Sequence record: MK422455.1
Reading direction: 5' to 3' (one strand)
DNA: 36,124 nucleotides
Source: Klebsiella phage ST340-VIM1phi10.1
Made by a program: the position numbers and the translations under genes. The notes below the pieces were generated by a model, which was not told the origin of the DNA, did no database searches, and saw nothing but the letters and a program-made list of their open reading frames with translations. Of the stretch, positions 1 through 9,198 are shown one piece after another (position 1 is the stretch's first letter; every line of letters starts with the position of its first letter).

Positions 1-774
1 TTAAAATCTCTCTCCCCATGACCCGCGGTCGAAACCAGCGATATAGTCATTTTCGATATCGAAGCCAAAAAACTGATAACCATCACTGACGGTCTCTATT
101 TCACGGACACGAACTCCGGCGGCCTTAACCGTCATATAACCGTTTTGAATAGCCCACCATAGTTCGCTGTTAACCTGGTCAATTGGGTTAATGTCATAGC
201 GCGATGGTACGTAACCTGCCGGTAATGCGATAAAGGGGCCTTTATTGACGGCGCTATCCAGAATTAACCGGTCTATTTCACTTAGGGCTACCGATGGGTC
301 ACCGAGTATCCAGATAGAAATCGACATATCCTGGTTGTCGACAATAGCCATTCGGATCCCGGACCCGGCAAGGGCGGTATCAAGAATTGGAGGAAGCGAG
401 TCGTTCTGTCCATCCCAGTTGTTTATCGCCACTTTCACCTTCAGCATTAGCCGATATATTTCATCGCTTAGATCGATAAAACCGTCGTTTGGGTCATATG
501 GGCCCTGCCAGACCCCCTGGTCCCAGCCAACCCGCTCGGTGTCCCACGAAAAATAAATCCCGGTTACCGGTGTGGCTACGCGCCGGGAGCGCCCAACCCA
601 TTCACCCACAACGTCGAGTTGCACGCCTACGGCGGTATCAATATCAAAATCGGGTATTAGCCGTGACATGGCATCGGAAACATCACTCAGTGGCCTGGTG
701 GATAGGTCGACGTGGGCAAAGAACTTTGGTTTACCGGCGTGGTAGTTTGTTATGCGGTCAGTGTATCTGCTCAT
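1..774 (-). CDS. Baseplate/tail protein at the Mu gp48 / P2 gpI position
   Basis: Complete ORF with stop at 1-3, immediately downstream of the baseplate J-like gene. No diagnostic motif seen; call rests on gene order. Confidence 0.4.
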   Translation of the reverse strand: MSRYTDRITNYHAGKPKFFAHVDLSTRPLSDVSDAMSRLIPDFDIDTAVGVQLDVVGEWVGRSRRVATPVTGIYFSWDTERVGWDQGVWQGPYDPNDGFIDLSDEIYRLMLKVKVAINNWDGQNDSLPPILDTALAGSGIRMAIVDNQDMSISIWILGDPSVALSEIDRLILDSAVNKGPFIALPAGYVPSRYDINPIDQVNSELWWAIQNGYMTVKAAGVRVREIETVSDGYQFFGFDIENDYIAGFDRGSWGERF

Positions 775-1967
775 GAGACCACCAGATTAATATTGCTGAC
801 GGCGCAGGATGCTGACTGGTCAAAGGCAATATCCACGTTTGCCGCGGCTACGCCACCGGCAGACGTCCCGATCAGCAACTCGGTAATGTCGTAATACCTG
901 GCATTACCACCACTGACAACACCAAGGTTAGCCGGTGAGTAAACGCGACTGAGAAGAACGCTGGCGCCGATTGCCAGTGAGTTAATGTAGGCAGATACAG
1001 CCGCCTTTATCTCTTCGCCAACCTGGGATGTGTAGCCCGTAAGAGGTTCGATAGTGATTTTGACGTAAATGGGTACATCGACCGGCCTTGAAAAACCTAC
1101 CGAGTGAGGGTTTCCGTACTTATCAGGCACAACAATCACCGTACTACCGTAGGGTGTTACGCCCTGCCCTTTCACACCACGAATGCTGTTTGCAATGACC
1201 GTCGCATCACCACCTTCTACAATGGCGGCGATTGAGTGCGGAGGCAGGCCATTTGCATCAGTGGTATCTGTATCGTTCTCATACAGCTTGTGTCGCGTTA
1301 CGCCGCTGATATTTGCTATCGCGCCATCTACCGCCTCAAACGGCGTCAGAGACGGTAAAGCAACGCTCTGTGATTGCCGGACACGCAATTCAGCATTTGT
1401 TTCGGCAGCAACGCCTACCGTAGCCGCTTGCGGGTTAGTTACTGATACCCAACCACGTGTCGGGGTGTTTATCTTATTGACTGACCCGGCAGGGGCGGCC
1501 ACAGCACCAGCAACAGAACACGTCGCTGTAGCAATAACCGTCCCATCAATACCAATTGTCACCTGAGCAGGAAGATTCCAGATGATACCGTTGGCATCTT
1601 TCACAGACCCGTTTGTGATCAACGTTCCGGCCTCACCTTCGATCAGCTCATCTACCGTAGAGTTTGTCGCAGCACGGCGAGTGATGCCGTTAATTTTGAC
1701 GTTACTGGTTAATGCATCGTCCAGCGCCGTCGACGGAGAAAATGACCGGTAAACGGAAATGGCCGTGTTGTTGGCATCGTGAATGGCCAGAGCCACCAGA
1801 GCGACCATCTGGCCGTCTTTGCTGTCCGGGTCAAGATAGGCATCACTGCCATAAATCTGCTGAAAATAACCAGTGATGGTGTCCAGAACGGTCTGGTAGT
1901 CGGGCGCACTTATCCCCTCAGCGGTTACCGTTGCCGATAAGCCGAGCGTGTCGAGGTCCAAAGACAT
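771..1967 (-). CDS. Baseplate J-like protein (Mu gp47-like)
   Basis: 398 aa; start overlaps the upstream stop; position and size match baseplate J family; remembered similarity of the N-terminal region. Confidence 0.6.
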   Translation of the reverse strand: MSLDLDTLGLSATVTAEGISAPDYQTVLDTITGYFQQIYGSDAYLDPDSKDGQMVALVALAIHDANNTAISVYRSFSPSTALDDALTSNVKINGITRRAATNSTVDELIEGEAGTLITNGSVKDANGIIWNLPAQVTIGIDGTVIATATCSVAGAVAAPAGSVNKINTPTRGWVSVTNPQAATVGVAAETNAELRVRQSQSVALPSLTPFEAVDGAIANISGVTRHKLYENDTDTTDANGLPPHSIAAIVEGGDATVIANSIRGVKGQGVTPYGSTVIVVPDKYGNPHSVGFSRPVDVPIYVKITIEPLTGYTSQVGEEIKAAVSAYINSLAIGASVLLSRVYSPANLGVVSGGNARYYDITELLIGTSAGGVAAANVDIAFDQSASCAVSNINLVVS

Positions 1968-2320
1968 TACGCCTCCGAAGTTACTGTGGTTGTCCCGTAG
2001 ATGGTTTCCACCGTCGCAGTGAACGTTACACGGCGCGTGGTACCGTCAACAGTGGTATTAAATGCAGTGATTGAGCTAACCCCCTGCGTTTCGAGGATCC
2101 GCTTACGGATAGCGAGGTTGTAGGTATCCGGCTTTTGCTTACCCAGAACGGACTGAATCCATGGCGTACCTTCTGTGGTGTCCAGAAACCACTGTCCGTA
2201 CCAAAGCAGAAAGCGAGTTTTTATGGCCTGCGCGACAGCCTCGGGGGAGTTAACCAGCCAGGTATCATCGCCCTGACCGAAGGTGTAATCCCCATCGTCA
2301 TCTTCTCGACGGTATCGCAT
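1967..2320 (-). CDS. Baseplate protein, GPW/gp25-like (Mu gp46 position)
   Basis: Start re-assigned to the ATG at 2320, 5 nt after GGAGGA and directly after the stop of the upstream gene. The tool start at 2398 would overlap by 77 nt. Confidence 0.5.
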   Translation of the reverse strand: MRYRREDDDGDYTFGQGDDTWLVNSPEAVAQAIKTRFLLWYGQWFLDTTEGTPWIQSVLGKQKPDTYNLAIRKRILETQGVSSITAFNTTVDGTTRRVTFTATVETIYGTTTVTSEA

Positions 2321-2321
2321 A

Positions 2322-2975
2322 TCATCCTCCGAGTGGTGCTGTACTGCTGCCACCAGGTTCAACGCCACCATGCGTATGCTTATCAACGATTGAGCCATCC
2401 ACCAGCTGCAGGCGGCCGTCCGAAAGAATTTTAAGCCCGTTCAGGTTAAAACCTCCCGGCGCCGTGCCGTTGATAGCTCCGCTGGCAGGATTAAGGCTCA
2501 ACTTTGTTTCCCCGTCATCGCTGCGCAGCTCTACCGCACTGGTGCTGATACCGCCGATTTTTTTCGCCTGAGACTGAGGGCCGACAATGCAGAAGGCATC
2601 CGACAAATCATGCATGCGCTCGTCTACTGGCTCCTGAATACCTCCACTTTGCCACCAGAAATCGATACAGCGGTCTGCAAAGATAACAAGGCATTCATCA
2701 CCAGGCTTAACAGGAAAAGTCAGCGTACAGCCTCCGCCACGAGGGAAAACGACAGGAACGTCCACCAGCAGTGGGAGGTTTACCGATACCTGGGCGCCGG
2801 ATTCGTCCTTCTCTGCGCCTTTAATGGCTGGCTGAACAACAGCGGTGACAGCATCCGGATCAAACGACTGAATGATGCCAGGCATGGAGACGCGCATTGC
2901 AGACATGATCGCCTGCGCCAGTTGTGCGTCTGCCTGCTCTTTACTGCCGAGCTGGGAGTTTAGTGCTACGGGCAT
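2322..2975 (-). CDS. Baseplate spike / assembly protein V-like (Mu gp45 position)
   Basis: 217 aa, GC-rich, follows the moron block; gene order hub - spike - W - J. Confidence 0.5.
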   Translation of the reverse strand: MPVALNSQLGSKEQADAQLAQAIMSAMRVSMPGIIQSFDPDAVTAVVQPAIKGAEKDESGAQVSVNLPLLVDVPVVFPRGGGCTLTFPVKPGDECLVIFADRCIDFWWQSGGIQEPVDERMHDLSDAFCIVGPQSQAKKIGGISTSAVELRSDDGETKLSLNPASGAINGTAPGGFNLNGLKILSDGRLQLVDGSIVDKHTHGGVEPGGSSTAPLGG

Positions 2976-3028
2976 TTGGTTTACTCCGGCATTAAAAAAC
3001 CCGCCGGAGCGGGCTTCTTAACTATAAG

Positions 3029-3595
3029 CTAATAAGAAGGGAGTCTTATCTTACTTTCTATGAACAAGGTTTTGAGAGTATCAGGAGTTATCTCTATAAC
3101 ATCACCGATGTTCAAAGCTTTATCTTTTGCATAATTTCCAACAGAATCAAGGAAGTCATGATGCATTCTGACTAACAATTTAACGTCGTTCACAATAGGA
3201 TTAAATTCGTACTCCCAATCACCTTTACTCTCAAGGCAATTATAATAAAAGAAATATATCTCTTCGGCTTTCCAAAAATCAGAATACGCACCACCTGTGC
3301 GCCCCATCTCACGCCCTATTCTTTCATAGTCAAAATTATATCCATCATAACCATCAGCATATGCACCACAATAGAGCACCTTAACTCTGCCACGAGCGTA
3401 ATCTCTGACATCACATATAGTCTCTAAATTTACTTTATAGGCGCATAACGCATAGCCATAATGACTATTTTCCGAGCTGGGAACTTTTAGTTCAATTTTT
3501 TTTGGATCCCATCCCAAGATGTAGGCTGCAAGCCAATGACCAGCCTCATGCCTTGCTATCCGGTAAACTGCTTTCTTGTAGTCGTAAGCGTTCAT
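3029..3595 (-). CDS. HEXXH zinc-metallopeptidase-like protein (moron)
   Basis: HEAGH motif at residues 16-20 (ARHEAGHWLAAY) resembles the FtsH/M41 and ImmA/IrrE active-site helix. A GGAYSD motif follows ~85 aa later. GC is about 33-35% against ~55% in the flanks. A strong AGGAGGGG ribosome-binding site precedes the ATG at 3595. Confidence 0.55.
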   Translation of the reverse strand: MNAYDYKKAVYRIARHEAGHWLAAYILGWDPKKIELKVPSSENSHYGYALCAYKVNLETICDVRDYARGRVKVLYCGAYADGYDGYNFDYERIGREMGRTGGAYSDFWKAEEIYFFYYNCLESKGDWEYEFNPIVNDVKLLVRMHHDFLDSVGNYAKDKALNIGDVIEITPDTLKTLFIESKIRLPSY

Positions 3596-3597
3596 TT

Positions 3598-3626
3598 CCC
3601 CTCCTGTTTTTGAAACAGATTAGGGG
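3598..3626 (-). promoter_or_regulatory. Hairpin that buries the HEXXH gene's ribosome-binding site (CCCCT-C-CTGTTT-ttg-AAACAG-at-t-AGGGG)
   Basis: Perfect 6-bp stem CTGTTT/AAACAG plus an outer 5-bp stem CCCCT/AGGGG. On the mRNA strand the AGGAGGGG ribosome-binding site lies inside the stem. Confidence 0.35.
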
Positions 3627-3637
3627 ATTAAATGAGC

Positions 3638-3820
3638 TTAATCACTACCGCTTGGTGTTTTAACGTTAAATGCATTGTCGGCGGGATTTTCTGGGGAAAA
3701 TCTTTCTCCATTAACGGGGTAATTAATAAAAATATCCCCCGTTCTCTCCTGTTCACATTTCAGGTCTTCGCAAGGGATAGGCGGATGATCAATTTTTACA
3801 CCGGTGAGAAAATTTGACAT
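3638..3820 (-). CDS. Small hypothetical protein (60 aa), part of the moron block
   Basis: Same orientation as the flanking moron genes, in the gap between 3870 and 3595. An antisense ORF of equal size exists on the plus strand. Confidence 0.3.
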   Translation of the reverse strand: MSNFLTGVKIDHPPIPCEDLKCEQERTGDIFINYPVNGERFSPENPADNAFNVKTPSGSD

Positions 3821-3869
3821 AACGCTTACCTACCCTGCCTTTAAGCACATAAAATAGCGAGCAACCAGA

Positions 3870-4211
3870 TTACTTCACCTTCCGACAGTCGTACGTCCAG
3901 AACTCTCTGGGCTCGTCCATGTTCTTGCGGATCACTTCGACGTTGAGGATGGCCTTATTGTTGCGCTTAACGTAGTCGAGACCTAGCCAACGCCCTGTTT
4001 TGGCGTCTGGGAGCATCCATTGCATCATGACGTTATCGAAGTCGTCTTTTTGCTTGAGGAAGGTCATTTTCTGCGTTTCAGGGGCTTGTCCGTTGATATG
4101 CATCAACCCATCGCTTTCGCCCTTTAAGAAAAAAGGTCCGCATTGAGTGGCAGAAAAAGCTCCGCAGGAATAAAACACCCCAAAGACCAAAAATATTCCT
4201 AATTTTTTCAT
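3870..4211 (-). CDS. Small secreted protein with N-terminal signal peptide (113 aa)
   Basis: MKKLGIFLVFGVFYSCGAFSA signal-like N-terminus (AFSA-TQ cleavage or a possible lipobox Cys). Lower GC than the neighbours. Its stop overlaps the hub gene start at 4211. Confidence 0.55.
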   Translation of the reverse strand: MKKLGIFLVFGVFYSCGAFSATQCGPFFLKGESDGLMHINGQAPETQKMTFLKQKDDFDNVMMQWMLPDAKTGRWLGLDYVKRNNKAILNVEVIRKNMDEPREFWTYDCRKVK

Positions 4212-5239
4212 CAGCCAACCTTGTTTAAAGTGCTCAGGCTTTGCAGTTCTCTAGCCCCTTTCGCCAGACACAGCAGGTCCATATACCACGCCTGCCCGCG
4301 AGTATCGCCAGTATAGTCAATGCTGCCGACAATGTAATCACCGTCGGTATTGATTGCCGCCAGCTGCGACCCGGGAAGCCCATCGACATAGATGTTACCG
4401 TCTGTGGTACTTTCGCCTAATAGACCTGGTGACTGACCAACCTGATCATTACCGAGAGCCTGACGATATACAGAAGCCTGATCCAGCCTGATAAGCCCCC
4501 CAAGCTTAATATTCGGGTTTATCAGACAGCGCACATTTACCCCGGCGCCCATCGTCTGCTGAGGCATACCGATCAGGCCCGTATTGGCGTTCAGCACAAT
4601 CGCTTCCTGTATGTACTTATCATCAGGAACGATATGCACCTGGTTGTTTTCGTACCACCAGTTAGCCTTGCACTGCCCTGCAAGGCTGTACATAAGGCGT
4701 CCAGTGTTCTGATAAATAGTGCGGCCGCGGGGGAATACAGTTGGACCAAAATCCGGCCTGCTTCCCTCTGTAATGCCATAAGGGCTAAGGGACTGCATAC
4801 CCAAATCAAACAGGTCAGCATGCTTCCAGCCTGCCGACACTGTCGTTTTCACGCTGGCGTTGAGATGCCCCTCCCAGCCATCAATACACTGGATAAGCAC
4901 CCAACTATCGGTGACGTTATCTTTGCCGGTGACGGTAAAGCGAATATCACCGTTAAAGATGATCCCCACATTTTTATCAGGATAGTTGCCGCTGCTATCT
5001 GCTGTGCCGTTATACCCGGCAATAGCCCTTACACGAGTAAACTCTTTACCCATGATCCGGTTTTGAGTCTCCGGCGACAGATTGTAGATTTTGAAGTTAC
5101 CGACGAATCCGTTAAAGATAGTCGCGGGCATCTTCTGGATATTAAACGTCACCTTAAAATCCGACAGCGAAATCCCATCACCCTTATCATCAATAAGCTG
5201 CAGCTCAAAGTGCCGCATCCAGTTCTGAGACATAATCAC
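4211..5239 (-). CDS. Baseplate hub protein (GPD / Mu gp44-like)
   Basis: 342 aa, positioned between the tape-measure-proximal small genes and the spike; size and position typical. Confidence 0.45.
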   Translation of the reverse strand: MIMSQNWMRHFELQLIDDKGDGISLSDFKVTFNIQKMPATIFNGFVGNFKIYNLSPETQNRIMGKEFTRVRAIAGYNGTADSSGNYPDKNVGIIFNGDIRFTVTGKDNVTDSWVLIQCIDGWEGHLNASVKTTVSAGWKHADLFDLGMQSLSPYGITEGSRPDFGPTVFPRGRTIYQNTGRLMYSLAGQCKANWWYENNQVHIVPDDKYIQEAIVLNANTGLIGMPQQTMGAGVNVRCLINPNIKLGGLIRLDQASVYRQALGNDQVGQSPGLLGESTTDGNIYVDGLPGSQLAAINTDGDYIVGSIDYTGDTRGQAWYMDLLCLAKGARELQSLSTLNKVG

Positions 5240-5538
5240 TCCGTTACTGCGTAGAGATGGCTTTTAATGCCGAGGTCTGTTTGGGTTGGATTATCATTTG
5301 CCGGGTCGTCGCAATTGACATAGAGCGAAAAGCCAAGCCCGAGATAGCGATACTGCGCCAACAGGTTGGCGCCGGTGATAAGCGGGATCCCCTTTATCAG
5401 GTCGGCCCCGGTACTGTCCATGATATCCAGACACCAGAAAGCAGCACGCCAGGTGACAGCCATTTGCAGACTTTGACCTGCCACAGATATGGAGAATCGC
5501 TGGTTTTCTGGTGACAGAGGGATTTCTGAAACAGCCAT
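5236..5538 (-). CDS. Phage tail/baseplate protein (100 aa)
   Basis: Tightly coupled ORF in the tail operon; no recognisable motif. Confidence 0.45.
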   Translation of the reverse strand: MAVSEIPLSPENQRFSISVAGQSLQMAVTWRAAFWCLDIMDSTGADLIKGIPLITGANLLAQYRYLGLGFSLYVNCDDPANDNPTQTDLGIKSHLYAVTE

Positions 5539-6138
5539 TTAACCTCCCGAGATGAAGCCGACAAACCGGCTTAGTAGCGACTCATCTTTCGGAGTCGGCG
5601 TCTTTACTCCTGAATTTTGCACCGCTGACGTGTTTACCCCCTCTTTCATATTTTCCTTCGCTGCCACGCTGACTGTCTGCGTTTGGCTGGTGATTATTTC
5701 CCTCAGTGTAACTGTCGCCATCAGTACGTTTTCGCTGGTACGTTCGGTCGTCACATCCAGAGAGCGGATCACCATATTGGTATAAAGACGTTTCCCGGTG
5801 GTCACATCAAGCAATTGCCTTTCCTGCTGCATTTTGAGCAGCTCAGCATAGACTTCCTTAGGCCCCATGTTGTTAAGGGGCGTAGACAGCCCGATGCCTG
5901 CTGTATCATAAAAATCCAGCAAGGAACCACCACCAGCAAAGCCTATCTCCATAACGACTTCTGACGGGCGCCGATACGCATGGTCTGCAATGAACCCTGT
6001 GCCTGCGCTTGTAGGCCTTTCAACTGGATGCTCTGTCACCTCCAGAGCATCGCTATGACGCTCTGAAACCACCACATCGGGTATCATCAGACCAATACGG
6101 CGGCTCCGCTGCTGGAAAATGGTTGAAAGAATATCCAT
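5539..6138 (-). CDS. Phage tail protein at the DNA-circulation-protein position after the tape measure
   Basis: 199 aa, start abuts the tape measure stop; call by position only. Confidence 0.4.
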   Translation of the reverse strand: MDILSTIFQQRSRRIGLMIPDVVVSERHSDALEVTEHPVERPTSAGTGFIADHAYRRPSEVVMEIGFAGGGSLLDFYDTAGIGLSTPLNNMGPKEVYAELLKMQQERQLLDVTTGKRLYTNMVIRSLDVTTERTSENVLMATVTLREIITSQTQTVSVAAKENMKEGVNTSAVQNSGVKTPTPKDESLLSRFVGFISGG

Positions 6139-8141
6139 CAGCTCGGCCCCCGGGTTAGTTGCTGGGTAGCGCGTGCATTAACGTTGCCCTGGCTTTCAGA
6201 GACGATTTTCCCCGCCTCTCTCGGATCGCTGACACCAGAAATGTTGATAACGGTATTCTGGTTCAATGTCGCCCCAGCCCCCGGCATATTGCTCAACACT
6301 TTCGGGATATATTGCCTGGTTTCCTGCGGCATCAGCGCCATGCCGTACTTCTGCACATTACCGATGCCCCAGTTATAGGAGGCCAGAGTTTTATTCAGAT
6401 CACCGCCGTTCTTCTGCAGGAGCATCGAAAGATATCGCGCCGCTGCTTCCGCTGACTTGATCGGGTCGAAGACATCATTCCCGCGTAGCCCCATATCCCG
6501 AGCGGTTCCAGGCATAAACTGGAACAATCCCTGTGCGCCAGCACCAGAAACAGCGAACTGGTTACCGCCAGACTCTGTAAGGGCTACGCTACGCAGCAGG
6601 CCCGCAGGGAGGTTGTACAGCGCTTCCAGCTTACCCATCATCGGAGCCATCCAGCCCAGCAACTGAGCGCCTGCTTTAGTGGCCTGAGGTCGTTTAACAG
6701 ACTGCCCGTATTGAGTAGCGTCAGCGCCAAACCAGCCAGTAACGGCTTGACCAATACTGCGAGGGTCAAACCCGGTTTTATTCTGAATCCAGTCCGCAGC
6801 TCTATTGGCGCTGTCTGTCACCGCGTTTGATGGTGTCGGCTCGCCGCCCTGATTCAGCAGCTGTCTGGCGTAAGCTGCCGCGTCTGACCAGCGACCTTCA
6901 TCAATCGCATTGAGAAGCTTGCCTATGGTATCCAGCATCTTGTTCAGCTCATTGAACTGCTTCTTCAGACTGTCGAATTCGAACTTAATCGACCATGTTT
7001 TAGGGTCGATACCGAAAAGCTTAATCAGCTCATCTTTAAGGCGCTTCACACCAGTCCATAGTTTTTCAATGGCGTTAAGCGCCAGAGTTATCGCCGGTTC
7101 CCACGACTTCCAGTCGATGAGGCTTTTACCGCCTTCCTTCCAGGTCTTGTAATCGTCGTACAGCACCAGGATGGCGCCTGCGAGCGCCAGCACCCAGGTA
7201 ATCGGAGAGGCAAGCATTGCCGCATTCAGCAATCGCCAGGCTACAAGCAAGCCACCAAGCGTCTGAATAAGCTTTTGTGTGTCGCTATCCAGCCCGATCC
7301 ACCAGGCCCGGATATCACTGGCGGCCTGAATAAGGCGGTAAATTACCCTGCCTACCATCTCACCAGCCCAGAGAATTCCTTTCACGGTACCGGTTATTGC
7401 GCCTTCAATTTTCGGGAAGTTTTCCAGAATTTGTCGACGCAGCCTGTCCAGAGAGCCAGCAAGGCCATCAGCGAGGCTGGAGCCTATTTTATCCCGCGCC
7501 ATGCCTGCCATCAGCCCAAAGGAGCGCAGCGAGGTCATGAATTTATTAGAGCTGACGGCGGCCACATCGGCGTTATAGCCGATCGCCTTCGCCATCGCGG
7601 TGTATTCGCCACTAAACTGGCCGATACCGCGACGCATTGCCATCAGGGTGTTTTCATCCAGACCCAGCATTTGAGCGTACTGGTTCGCGCGGTAATACGG
7701 CATGCTGCTAAGACGCTGGCCGACGCCGGTAAAGATCGTCGCCATGTCCCGCATATTGCCGCTGGCATCACGCGTTTGAACCCCCAGCCGGTTCAGGAAA
7801 CCTTCCGCGCCTGGGTTATTGCGGATAAACCGTGCCAGATTCTCAAGCGATCCACGCGCTGAGTCGGCGCTGCCGCCTACCTGGCTAACTGCATACCCGA
7901 TTTGCTTGATGCCCTCTACCGTCGCTCCGGTGCGCTGAGAGGCCCAATAGAGGTTGTCGAGGCTGCTGGCTATTTTGGCGGTGAACGCGACAACAGAAAG
8001 CGCTGCCGCTTCGACCTTGACGCCTAGCTCAATCGCTTTCAGCGTCGTACCCGCCACTACAGCATCGAACTTTTTAGCACCGGCCTCATCAACGTTAAAC
8101 CCAAGCGAGATCAGAAAGTCCTTGAGCGTTTCAGCGTTCAT
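6138..8141 (-). CDS. Tail tape measure protein with C-terminal soluble lytic transglycosylase (SLT) domain
   Basis: 667 aa, helical/repetitive N-terminal two thirds. C-terminal segment reads AGLLRSVALTESGGNQFAVSGAGAQGLFQFMPGTARDMGL ... AAARYL, the SLT catalytic Glu-Ser and GLMQ-like motif. Confidence 0.75.
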   Translation of the reverse strand: MNAETLKDFLISLGFNVDEAGAKKFDAVVAGTTLKAIELGVKVEAAALSVVAFTAKIASSLDNLYWASQRTGATVEGIKQIGYAVSQVGGSADSARGSLENLARFIRNNPGAEGFLNRLGVQTRDASGNMRDMATIFTGVGQRLSSMPYYRANQYAQMLGLDENTLMAMRRGIGQFSGEYTAMAKAIGYNADVAAVSSNKFMTSLRSFGLMAGMARDKIGSSLADGLAGSLDRLRRQILENFPKIEGAITGTVKGILWAGEMVGRVIYRLIQAASDIRAWWIGLDSDTQKLIQTLGGLLVAWRLLNAAMLASPITWVLALAGAILVLYDDYKTWKEGGKSLIDWKSWEPAITLALNAIEKLWTGVKRLKDELIKLFGIDPKTWSIKFEFDSLKKQFNELNKMLDTIGKLLNAIDEGRWSDAAAYARQLLNQGGEPTPSNAVTDSANRAADWIQNKTGFDPRSIGQAVTGWFGADATQYGQSVKRPQATKAGAQLLGWMAPMMGKLEALYNLPAGLLRSVALTESGGNQFAVSGAGAQGLFQFMPGTARDMGLRGNDVFDPIKSAEAAARYLSMLLQKNGGDLNKTLASYNWGIGNVQKYGMALMPQETRQYIPKVLSNMPGAGATLNQNTVINISGVSDPREAGKIVSESQGNVNARATQQLTRGPS

Positions 8142-8373
8142 TGTCCTCTCTCCATTTCGCTATGCGGTATTCGTTATCGGCTTTTAGGTCCAGCCAGTCA
8201 TTCATGCGGGCAACATCGGCCAGGTCGACCGAGCCGTCTTTAAGTGCGGTGTAAGTGATGTATCCGGCATCAACCGGGCGCATCAGGAAGCTTTCGCCTT
8301 CAGGAAGAGTTTCCAGCGTCAGGCCACTGGCGGGGTGGACGTCTCGCTGGCGGGGAGTTCTTTCAAAAAATTT
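8131..8373 (-). other. Programmed -1 frameshift extension of the tail assembly chaperone (G/GT-like)
   Basis: Slippery heptamer T_TTT_TTG at 8364-8370 (minus strand) sits 16 codons before the chaperone stop. The -1 frame is open for about 78 codons and stops at 8131-8133, just inside the tape measure start. Confidence 0.5.
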
Positions 8374-8744
8374 CCCAGACTATCGGCGACCACCCGCGCC
8401 ACCAGCTGCAGCATGGTAAACAGGTCCGTATCGTCGAACATCAGTACGCCCTGATCGAACACCTTCGTCCAGCCCTTTTCGTGCTGGCGGGAAACGACGC
8501 TCAGGCACGGATAAATCACCGCGTTAACGTCCTCATCCGGCAGCGCGGCCAGCGTATCGGCAATTTTCGGCAGTACGCTTTCCAGCACTGCACCAGAGTT
8601 ACCCGCAGCGGCCTGCGCTTTCAGCGTGGAAAATTCACTAACGAGCCCGGCCAGCACCGGCAGCAGCTTACGGCTGACCTTCAGTTGCTGGAATACGTCA
8701 AGTTTGGCGGTTCGGTAATTAACCCCTTTGATTTCAAATTCCAT
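8319..8744 (-). CDS. Tail assembly chaperone (frame-0 product)
   Basis: 141 aa between tube and tape measure; acidic C-terminus; has the frameshift extension above. Confidence 0.55.
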   Translation of the reverse strand: MEFEIKGVNYRTAKLDVFQQLKVSRKLLPVLAGLVSEFSTLKAQAAAGNSGAVLESVLPKIADTLAALPDEDVNAVIYPCLSVVSRQHEKGWTKVFDQGVLMFDDTDLFTMLQLVARVVADSLGNFLKELPASETSTPPVA

Positions 8745-8747
8745 CTG

Positions 8748-9188
8748 TTAAAACTCCCCCAGCAGTTGGTCAATCTTGCCGCAGTCAAAAACCCACGACA
8801 CTGTGTTACCAACCTTTGCGTTGGCGTGATCCGGCTGTTTCTGGAAGGCGCAGGAACGCGCTGTCGAGATGTCGCCAGAGACTTTGTTTCGCACTACGAT
8901 GACGTTGTTACCCCAGGTGGCTGAAGACTGGCTCTGTGCGTTGTACATCAGAGACAGTTTTTTGTTGACCGGGGAGGTCTTAAGCAGCGTTACCGTGATG
9001 GTGCCGCTCTTACCGGCGTGAAGGCTGTGCATCACTTCCCCGTCGGCGCCTACGGTCATGGTGTTTTTTGCCTCTGCCATGACTACGGTGATCCCCTCTT
9101 CGGAGTTCGCCGAGCCGTAACCCAGATCGATACTGCCGGTCGGGCCCGTCAGGGATGCAGAGACGTCAATAAAAGAGTAAGTAGACAT
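8748..9188 (-). CDS. Tail tube protein (DUF3277-like)
   Basis: 146 aa directly downstream of the sheath-like gene; remembered family resemblance. Confidence 0.5.
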   Translation of the reverse strand: MSTYSFIDVSASLTGPTGSIDLGYGSANSEEGITVVMAEAKNTMTVGADGEVMHSLHAGKSGTITVTLLKTSPVNKKLSLMYNAQSQSSATWGNNVIVVRNKVSGDISTARSCAFQKQPDHANAKVGNTVSWVFDCGKIDQLLGEF

Positions 9189-9198
9189 TTAGTTCCCC

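Noticed and set aside
1183-1566. Plus-strand ORFs antisense to the structural genes (for example 1183-1566, 4634-5254, 7275-7862, 14010-14684, 16378-16980, 24301-25245)
   Set aside because: They lie entirely inside longer, motif-supported minus-strand genes in roughly 55-60% GC DNA, where long antisense ORFs arise by chance. They have no ribosome-binding sites and no coupling pattern.
3632-3817. 61-aa plus-strand ORF overlapping the 60-aa minus-strand ORF in the moron block
   Set aside because: The two are mutually exclusive. The minus-strand version matches the operon orientation. Neither has strong support, so only the minus-strand ORF is kept, at low confidence.
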